A stretch of DNA of 64,000 nucleotides from Chrysemys picta bellii. Its lineage: Eukaryota. Below, piece by piece: positions 1 through 64,000 of the stretch. The first letter of the stretch is position 1, and each line of letters starts with the position of its first letter. The stretch spans positions 29,512,001 to 29,576,000 of the forward strand of contig NC_088792.1 in the NCBI RefSeq assembly GCF_011386835.1. The letters run 5' to 3'. Position numbers and translations under genes: made by a program. Under the pieces are notes generated by a model. It was given only the letters and a program-made list of their open reading frames with translations, was not told where the DNA came from and did not search any database.

Positions 1-593
1 AAACTGGCCTAGCCTGGTGGAAGAATGAGAGATGAGCACAGTCTGGGAAGGAGATGCCTGAGCCGTACTTAGATTAGGAAGGAATTGATAGACTGTGAAG
101 GTAAAAGCTTGATGGGTTGTTTGTTTGGGTGGGAGGCTTGGAGAAAAGTAGAGAATACTGTAGTGGGGTGTCTTGTTTCAGAGAGTCCATTCATAAATGA
201 CTACATCCTTGAAGGGAGAAGCTGGTTTACAGGTGTGATTCAGCATGATGAGAGATGAGCAGAGGGGAAGTTTAAGAGGTAAGGGACAGATGGGGGAGTC
301 AACTGTGAATATATACAACCTATAAAAATGTTAGTTTTACATAAGTTAGTTTACACCTTTTTGACGGGCCAATGTAGGTAGGTCTGTGGTGTAACTTAGC
401 AATACTGCCCAACTTAGACAAACTGCAAAAGGGATCATTAAGCAAAACCGCAGCCTGCTAAGTTTTGTCTTGGCTAAGAAAATGTTCACTCTTCCCAGTG
501 ACTGGCAACTGCTGATTCCCCCAGCATAACCTCAATGAAAGCTGAAGAGGCAGCTATGCAGAATACCATGAGGAAGTCCTTGGGGGTGGGAGG

Positions 594-1770
594 TACATAA
601 TGGGTCAGACCAAAGGTCCATCAAGCCCAGTATCCTGTCTTTCAACAGTGGCCAATGCCAGGTGCCCCAGAGGGAATGAACAGAACAGGTAAGCATCAAG
701 TTATCCTTCCCTGTTGCTCATTCCCAGCTTCTTTGGCAAACAGAGGCTAGGGACACCATACCTGCCCATTCTGACTAATAGCTATTGATGGACCTATCCT
801 CCATGAACTTATCTATTTCTTTTTTGAACCCTGTTATAGTCTTAGCATTCCACAACATCCTCTGGCAAGGAGTTCCACAGGTTGACCGCGTTGTGTGAAA
901 AAATACTTTGTTTGTTTTAAACCTGCTGCCTATTAATTTAATTTGGTGACCCCAGAGTTCTTGTGTTATGAGAAGAAGTAAATAACACTTCCTTATTTAC
1001 TTTCTCCACACCAGTCATGATTTTATAAACCTCTATCATATCCCCCCTTAGTTGTCTTTTTTCCAAGCTGAATAGTCCCAGTCTTATTAATTGCTCCTCA
1101 TAAAGAAGTTTTTCCATACCCCTAATCATTTTTGTTGCCCTTTTCTGAACCTTTTCCAGTTCCAATATCTTTTTTTGACCACATCTGCATGCAGTATTCA
1201 AAATGTGGGCATACCATGGATTTATATAGAGGCAATATGATATTTTCTGTCTTATTATCTAGCCCTTTCTTAATTATTCCCAACATTTTGTTTGCTTTTT
1301 TGACTGCTGCTGCACATTTAATGTATGTTTTCAGAGAACTATCCACAATAACTCCAAGATCTGTTTCTTGAGCGATAACAGCTAATTTAGACCCTGTCAT
1401 TTTATATGTATAGTTGGGATTATGTTTTCCAATGTGTATTACTTTGCATTTATCAACACTGAATTTTATCTGCCATTGTATTGCCCAGTCACCCAGTTCT
1501 GTGAGATCCTTTTGTATCTCTTTGCAGTCTGCCTGGGACTTAACAATTTTGAGTAATTTTATATCATCTGCAAATTTTGCCACCTCACTGTTTACCCCCT
1601 TTTCCAGATCATTTATGAATATGTTGAATGGGACTGGTCCCAGTACAGACCCTTTGGGGAAACCACTATTTACTTCTCTCCATTCTGAAAACTGACCATT
1701 TATTCCTACCCTTTGTTTCCTATATTTTAATCAGTTACCAATCCATGAGGACCTTCCCTCTTATCCCATG
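594..1770 (-). mobile_element. 5'-truncated CR1 LINE (RT C-terminus plus 3' UTR)
   Basis: ORF 1122-1583(-) KFADDIKL...KCKVIHIG...LGVIVD...LPLYKSMV; ORF 938-1201 VQKRATKMI...LGLFSLEKRQLRGDMIEVYKI; CR1 3'-UTR motif near 600. Confidence 0.93.
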
Positions 1771-2683
1771 ATAGGTAGGAGTATATCAAGCTGTGAGAAT
1801 CTCACGGGTAGTGGGATATTTGTTATAAATTATGTGGGGAAGTGAGTGAGAGCTCTAATCACACATGGACTGCCTTCACTAGGGGAAAAAGTGTTCTTAA
1901 CTTGTGTGTAAACTACAAACTGGCTTGTCTTCATTAGAGTTCATCTTGCAATAGTTAAATCGATTGAGAACACAACCTTTGTTCTCACAGTGGGGCGAGG
2001 AAGGTCATGGGGGAGTTGATAGTGGAGACAGCATGGGGGTTAGCTGTGAATGTGTGTTTAGAGATGTAGCGATTTCGTTGTAAATGCCTGTGACTAGCCT
2101 TCAAGTGTACGTCTTATATTATAGGCGTCTTCTTTATTTACAATACTTATTTTCAGTCTAGTCTGAATACAATAGTAAATAACAAGAAAATGCATAGCGG
2201 GCTTTTTGCAAGGGGGAGGGAGGTAGGAAAGCTGCATGCCCCGCCTCCCACTCCTCCTCGCAAGAGGCACTCCCTCGCCTCCTAGGGAATTGGACTCTAT
2301 TAGAGTATAGGATGAGACCTTCCTGGGCGGACAGATTATCCCACACCTTCCTGCTGGAGGGTTTCTTGTACTGTATCTATTCCTGTGTTTTCAATTCTAT
2401 GGAAGGGTTGGAGGCATGCGGGGTGGGGGTTGTGTGTGGTGCAGTTGTATGGGAGGACGCAGCATTGGTGTGTGTGCAGGATGTGAGGCAAGTGCATAGG
2501 AAGGCAAAGTGGGTGCAGTAGCCGTGGTGGAGTGGCAGAGCCGGGACTATGATGCTGGAGACCGGTTCCACGGAATCCCATTTGCGGAACTTCAATTGCC
2601 CCTTTGAGCCCCCATTTCAAGCTGTGAATGCAGTGCACCACGGAGACTGATTTATTGCGATGCGCAGAAAACCAGGAGGCGGG

Positions 2684-2784
2684 AGCATGCGCAGAAGAGA
2701 GCATATTGAAGCTGGTGAGTAACGCATGCGCATTGTAGAGAGAGGAAATAAATCCGAACGAGCAGCGTGAAGCATGCGCATGCG
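2684..2784. promoter_or_regulatory. Cluster of NRF1-type GCGCATGCGC motifs
   Basis: agcatgcgca 2684-2693, acgcatgcgca 2722-2732, gcatgcgcatgcg 2772-2784; NRF1 consensus is TGCGCATGCGCA. Binding is inferred, not shown. Confidence 0.65.
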
Positions 2785-3099
2785 GGCCCCGCCTGGTCCT
2801 GCGCTAAGGGGAATTCGATTAGTTATTTACGGTAACAGAAGTCGAATGAATTTAGAACCTCTGCGCTTCCCGTAGTGCGGACTGTACCAAGCCGGCCGGG
2901 GGAGAGGTGCATCGCGGCCAGGCCCGGCCGTTCGCCCAGCGCCTTTGGGCAGACGCACGCAGTGGCCGGCTGTGTGACTTGAGGCGCACGTAGGGAGGCG
3001 GGTGAGTATCAGGCAGGCCCGGAGTGCGATGGGGTCGGAGTGTACGGAGGCTTCCCCTCCCACCCCGCGGTCTGCAGTGCAGTGGCGGCGCCGGCGGAG

Positions 3100-3227
3100 A
3101 GACGGGGCTGGGGGCCGCGGCTGGGTAATGGCAGCGCTGTGAGGAGGGGGAGCGGGGCAGGGACTGCAGCCTCAGGACACGGAAGAAGGAGGGAGGCCGG
3201 CCGGCCGGCTCAGGCCTCTGCTGCCAG
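3100..3227 (+). other. CUL2: Candidate non-coding first exon of CUL2 (start approximate; donor CAG|gtaacc at 3227/3228); alternative donors at 2714 and 3001
   Basis: Donor-like sites gctg|gtgagt (2714), gcgg|gtgagt (3001) and ccag|gtaacc (3227) inside the CpG island; the ATG exon has an acceptor at 8463 and needs an upstream exon. Confidence 0.6.
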
Positions 3228-4866
3228 GTAACCCCGCGCTGGAGGCGCCTCTGGCTTCCCAGCGAATGCCGGGGGGAAGCGGAGCAAGGGCTTCCCGGCT
3301 CCGAGGGGGTATGACCTCCTCGCGTATGGCCTGGATCCGCTGGGCCCGTCTCGGGGGGGGATGTTACCGCCGAGCGCATTTGCTGGCCCTGCGCCTCCCG
3401 AGAGGGCTGACTGCTTCCGCACCTCCCCAGGGATCTGTTGGCTGCTCCCCAAAACCTCTCGCCCTCGTGACGGGTTTTGTTCTCCTCCCCACGCTAAGCC
3501 CCGCCGGGTTGAGGTCCCGGCCATGTTTGGCTCTTTGCCCCCGTTCTGAGTTGTTCCTCGCAGGCCCCGGAATCCGCCCCCCGGGGGAATGTTACACCCC
3601 CGTCCCCGCCAGTTTCACTTTTGGTTTGGGAGTGAATAATGTGGGTGTGGAGGGGTTAGGGAGGTGAGGGGCCCACTGCCCGCTCACTGATTCCGCTCCT
3701 GGGCGATTTCCAGGACCTTGGTTGCTGGACTTGGCCAAGTTAGATCTTTTCCATGTTCCAACTTAAGTAGCCAATATCTTGTCCCCTGGCTGGCTCCCCA
3801 CACTCCACCTTTGTGTGCCTTTTGCTTTCACAACATATTTATATAGCTGAGAACTATTGGGACCTGCATGTGGTCACACAACCTACATTTATCACATTTA
3901 ATAGTTCCCCACTCATAAATAGAACATATAACGATGGGAACCAAAGGCTGTCTGCTTCTAATATACGATGGGGTTAAAGTGTATCTACCTGGTTTTTCAC
4001 TAGTGCAAACGCTTGGTGTAGAGAAGACCTGCACTGATGCATCTTGCTCTGAAGTAAGCTGCATTAGTTTACTTTTTATATTAGTGCAGTGTGTCCACGT
4101 TGTAGCTACACTTAAACGCAGGAGTGTTTGTCTGACACCCCCTTATAGACAAGCCATACTGAATTTTCTGAGGATTAATTAGTTCATCTAAAATGTTTTT
4201 AAATTATAAAAAGAAATTATGTAAATACTTTATTATAGTTTTAACTCCAGCCATGTGTCCATCTCCAATAAGCACTCTATCTCAAACCAGTTAATATTTG
4301 ACATTTGTGGGTGTGTTTCTTTCTCTTTTTTTTGTGGGGGTCAAAAAGGATATGAAATTGATATACAGATTACATATATTCAGCACCACGGAAATACAGC
4401 TTCATTGGTCCTGCATACCTCATGGGGGAGATATTTTCTTCAATCAAGTTAGTTTCTCATGACAGGAAGAAAACTCTTCCTTGTGTAGAGATACTTAGAG
4501 AGAATTGGGGCAGCAACAAACTGGTGTACAGCATGCTATACAACCCTTTTGAGGGGATGCTGCTGACATGTGGGGACATGGCTATTAAACCCTGCTCATA
4601 CAAAAAGTGCCATGGGAGCCTTCAAACTCTTAAAGAGCAGAGATAACTTCTGCTTAGGTCTCATCAAAAGTGTTCCCACATATTTTAATATACTTGTGTG
4701 ATTAATCCTTTTAAATAAAGACAAGTTACTAATTTTTGTTGGTTGCCAAAGACATGCTTTATTGTGGTTTGTTTCTTTTAGTGGAGTTCATCTTCCTTTT
4801 GGAAGACATACCCCTCAAATCTCTTCCCTTCCTGGGATTTTTTTTTTATTTTTATTTTTTTAAGAA

Positions 4867-5027
4867 GGAAGGGACCTCAGGAAGTCATCTAGTCCAACCC
4901 CCTGCTCAAAGCAGGGCCAATCCCCAGACAGATTTTTGCCCCAAATTCCTAAATGGCCCCCTCAAGGATTGAACTCACAACCTTGTGTTTAGCAAGCCAA
5001 TGCTCAAACCACTGAGCTATCCCTCCC
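4867..5027 (-). mobile_element. Turtle tRNA-derived SINE with CR1-like tail (tortoise PolIII/SINE, Cry-type)
   Basis: Minus strand: A box TAGCTCAGTGG (5009-5019), B box GTTCAATCC (4966-4974), tail ...GGACTAGATGACTTCCTGAGGTCCCTTCC shared with CR1 3' ends. Confidence 0.9.
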
Positions 5028-5069
5028 TCCATTATAACTTGTTGCCATTTTTGTCAATTCATGTTAATA

Positions 5070-5304
5070 CCCTGTTTCCCCGAAAATAAGACAGTGTCTT
5101 ATATTAATTTTTGCTCCCAAAGATGCGCTAGGTCTTATTTTCAGGGGATGTCTTATTTTTCAATGAAGAAGAATACGGTACACATTTTTTTGCCTTATTA
5201 TCGGGGAGGTCTTATTATCGGGGGGATGCCTTATATTACAACGAGAGGCAAAACTGTAAGTAGGCCTTATTTTCGGAGGATGTCTTATTTTCGGGGAAAC
5301 AGGG
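5070..5304. mobile_element. Tc1/mariner-superfamily MITE (Tc2/pogo-like ends), 235 bp
   Basis: Perfect 24-bp TIRs CCCTGTTTCCCCGAAAATAAGACA; TA on both sides (5068-69, 5305-06); internal copies of the GTCTTATTTTCGGGG motif. Confidence 0.9.
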
Positions 5305-5529
5305 TAGTAGCAATATATTATCTCTGGATTCTGGAAAATACCTTTTCTTTAAACATAGTAGTGTCCATTTTATAAATGTTTTGAATATTTATACTAAACT
5401 GAAAATACTAATACATCATTTGGTGTGTGTTAATAGTAGTAAGTTTGTTTGTTTTTTTTTAGCAGGAAAAAGGTTCCTGTTTTAGAACCTAGGACAGTAT
5501 CTTGATGTAACTTGATATTCTCATCTGTA

Positions 5530-5915
5530 TAAATGTCCAATACTACTCAGAATCCTACTAAGCTCTCTGCCTTCATGTTATTCTAGTAATGAGTTCCACA
5601 GGCCAGTTTTTTAAAAGTATTTCCTTTTATCAGTTCAAAACTTGCTGCCTTTAAATTTTATTAAATTTCCCTTTGTTATTGTTGGAGAAGGTAAGTAGAA
5701 GTGCCTGATCTACTGTCTCTTAAATCATGCATTATTTTGTATGCTTTTCCCATCTTCCTGCTTTGTGTCCTCTCAAACTACACAGACCTAATCTTTGCAG
5801 TATTTATATGCAAGTTTTTCCATGCTTCAGATTGCTTTTGTCAGGGATCTCTGAACATCTTCTATTTCTACTATATCCGTTTTAGAGAAAGTGGCTAATA
5901 TTGAATACGGTCTAC
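5530..5915 (-). mobile_element. Old CR1 3' fragment (boundaries approximate)
   Basis: Shares degenerate motifs with the CR1 at 594-1770 (gagttccacagg, aacttgctgcctttaaattttatt, atcatgcattattttgtat). Confidence 0.65.
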
Positions 5916-7175
5916 TAACACTTTTTGTCTTTTTGGCTGCCGTTACATATTGAAAAGAGGTGTGTGTTTTTTTGTTTTTTTTTTTTAAATTTTATGCATT
6001 TGACAGCACTTTGTCAATTTCAACTATTTTGTTCATGGCCAGGTGCTCTTTTGTCTCATGTGCAAGCATGCACTTCTGTGGGAGGAATTCATGTGTACAG
6101 TCTTTCCTGTGCCCTACGAAGGGGTATACCAGTAGCATAAAAAGCTGCTCCTGTTTCTGAGTTTGGGACCCAGAGGGAGTTGGCTTTTATCTAAAGCTAT
6201 CTGGATCTTTGCTTCCTTGGATAGGACAGGCTTTACCTTACCTATTTCTCAGAATTTTGACTCTTTGAAGCACTGATATTCTACCTTCATTCTGAGGCCA
6301 ACTGTCAATGGCCTTGTTTCTATTGCTTTCAAGCAATCCTTGCTGACCTCAGATTCTGTTTGGACATTGTATAGAAGCCGTACACAGCAACTATGTAATC
6401 CACTGGGCTAGGAACCATTCAGTAAGGAGGCAAGATTATTGCTGAAGTACACTTAGGATAGTTTTCAGCCAGTAGTGAAGACTCCAGCCAGCAGTTACTA
6501 TGTAGTAGGTGAGTGTGCTGACACATGCAGTGAATTCCTAAATGTTACCAGGCTAGTACCCTTCAACTTGATCAGCTTTGTCACAGATGGGGAGTCATTA
6601 CTCCTTGAGAAAGAAGACTATTTTTCTCTCGGAACAAGACAGTTAAGGTCATTGAATAATAATCCTTTCAAGGCTTCAGTGTAAAACACGAATAATTTTC
6701 CAACAGATCAAGATACATAACAAAGGATGGACTTTCTGGATGATGATGAACTTTCACTGTTGTTCAAGGTGGCTAAATTAAACCTGTTACTGAGTGCCTA
6801 AGGATTGTCACTTCAGTGTTTTAGGAGATCACATTGTAATACTGCAGTGCACAACCCAAAATTTTACACTGAACATCTCTGACTTTAAGGATGGACTGCC
6901 TCCTTTTGCCCCTCCTTCTCATACAAAAGTTCATAAGTACTAGAGAACCTTGTGTATTCAAGTAGTGCCAATATGAAGGATTGTGAGGAGGCATCTCTAA
7001 TTAAGAATGTACAAATACAGGTCTTTCTGCTTCTCATGGACCAAGCACTGCAAGTAGTTGAGCTACAATGCTGTACTCTTCAGTGTCCGTTGACTATTTG
7101 TCATATCCTTGAGGGTACTAAATCATGAAGATATGGAAGTGCAGGGATTCAACTAGAATAGAGTAAGTAGCTGAG

Positions 7176-7202
<27 letters not shown>
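7176..7202. repeat. (AT)n microsatellite
   Basis: Seen directly. Confidence 0.95.
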
Positions 7203-7206
<4 letters not shown>

Positions 7207-7229
7207 GGAGAGAGAGCTCGCAAGCATGA

Positions 7230-7482
7230 TCATCTCAAAGTCTCAAGGGTAGAGTCTGTCCAATTCACCATCAAGTGTTAGGAACTATGTAACAGCATGT
7301 GAAGAGCATAAGTCTAACTCTTAACTGAAAGGGATAAGGAAGAAATTTTTATGGGAATAACCTTCCCTGCCCAGAGATCCATTGTCTATGCAGGGTTTAT
7401 TAATTTTTGTTTCTTGCTGCTGCCAGACACAGGATGCTGAACTAGCTAGACCACTGGTCTGATCTAGTATGGTAATTCCCGT
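7230..7482 (+). mobile_element. Old CR1 3'-UTR fragment
   Basis: Ends in gccagacacaggatgctgaactagctagaccactggtctgatctagtatgg, a CR1 3'-terminal motif. Confidence 0.6.
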
Positions 7483-8474
7483 GTTTTAAGTTGACTGTTA
7501 TCCCTTAACCTATGGCTCACTAGTTTAATCACAACATGTGGAGTCAACTCTACCTGGTTTTAGGATTACCAAGTATTCACATAACATAACATTATTAAAA
7601 CCATTTGGAAAGAATGTGTTGCCTAAGCTACTAACACTTGCTCATTCTGTTAGCAGCATTTGGACGAATTCAAATACCGTTTTTTGAAATATGTTTCTTC
7701 AGTGGGTTACAATGTTAACCCTCTGTTTATTTTGTGTGTGCATGTGAAAATATGTATAGTCAGTATAGCAAATTTATACTTGTGTATTCCTCTGGAAAAC
7801 ACAACTTTTTGACCAGCAAAAATATAGAACTATTTTTTCATTGTTAATCATCGGAGTAAGAGGTGGGGCTAGAGTTTTGTGCATGGTCTGACAAATTTTC
7901 ATGTTAAATATTGGTGGTCTGAGATAGATCTAGGACACACAATACTAACTTTTTTTTATATCTTTAATGTATTCAGCATGCTTGTACATCATCTGATAAA
8001 CTGTAAGCTCCTTAGGGCAGGGACAATCTTACTTTGTTCAGAAGCAACCAAATCACATTTCATAGCGTTATGTGAGAATGTTAAGTTGTACACATTCAGT
8101 GTTCCTGTTAAATGTACATTATAAAACACACTGTTCAGTGCAATTTGGCAGATTTGATGTTACTTTTTAGAGACCTTAACTTTAGTCTTCATAGATTTGG
8201 ACTTTGTGTGACAATGTTAGAATAAGAGGTGCATATTTAATTTTTTACATAGGGTCCTTGATGCACAATATTACACCAGTGTACATAGTTATAATATGAA
8301 GAGAAAGTTTAAAGGTGATGCTTTTAAAGAAATTACTGTTTGCTTTAAAGGAAGAAGAGTTTCAGGACTCTACCAGTTACTTTCTAAAAACTCTTGAAAC
8401 GTGCTGTTTGACTGCTTCTTAATGTTTAGGAGGTTGAGACTAACACTTTTTTCCCCCCTACAGATTAACACTAA

Positions 8475-64000
<55,526 letters not shown>

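Larger units (their letters stand above)
2560..3720 (+). promoter_or_regulatory. CpG island / CUL2 promoter region (boundaries approximate)
   Basis: Abrupt rise in GC and CpG density against CpG-poor flanks, 5 kb upstream of the ATG exon; contains three splice-donor-like sites and GC boxes (ccccgcc 2787-2793). Confidence 0.9.

Noticed and set aside
1-590. Purine-rich stretch resembling an antisense L2 fossil
   Set aside because: No motif I could anchor; left uncalled.
1770-2560. Possible divergent gene or exon upstream of the CUL2 promoter (ORFs 2158-2704)
   Set aside because: No recognisable protein similarity and no convincing splice-site pair; a divergent non-coding transcript cannot be excluded without RNA data.
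2860-2890. ZNF143/Staf-like site ttcccgtagtgcgggactgta
   Set aside because: Only a partial match with altered spacing; too weak to call by eye.
2158-3667. Many overlapping 60-175 aa ORFs around the promoter
   Set aside because: Expected by-product of a GC-rich CpG island with few stop codons; low-complexity Pro/Arg/Gly/Ala translations with no recognisable domain.
4867-5027. tRNA-like A and B boxes (also 13960-14103)
   Set aside because: No complete cloverleaf; followed by a CR1-derived tail, so these are SINEs and not tRNA genes.

Overview
Vertebrate genomic DNA, almost certainly from a turtle (turtle-type tRNA-derived SINEs, CR1, Penelope-like and hAT/Harbinger MITE families). The window holds the 5' two-thirds of the cullin-2 gene (CUL2) on the + strand: a CpG-island promoter with three candidate non-coding first-exon donors (2714, 3001, 3227) and 14 coding exons (ATG at 8484; 481 codons to the window edge, mid-exon at 64000). 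All splice junctions keep the reading frame. The first coding intron (8603-17794) is a U12-type minor intron. Introns are filled with mobile elements: a near full-length DIRS1-type tyrosine-recombinase retrotransposon with both inverted terminal repeats and its internal complementary region, two older DIRS remnants, an inverted pair of Penelope-like elements (PLEs), two fold-back PLE mini-insertions with 13-bp TSDs, several CR1/L2/RTE LINE fragments, two solo LTRs and many DNA-transposon MITEs with readable TIRs and TSDs. The most notable observation is a set of minimal hammerhead-ribozyme motifs in the PLE termini. In one fold-back copy the two 74-nt arms differ only at catalytic G12 of the hammerhead that lies sense to CUL2. 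I found no wholly new system; most ORF-track entries are spurious or transposon-derived.
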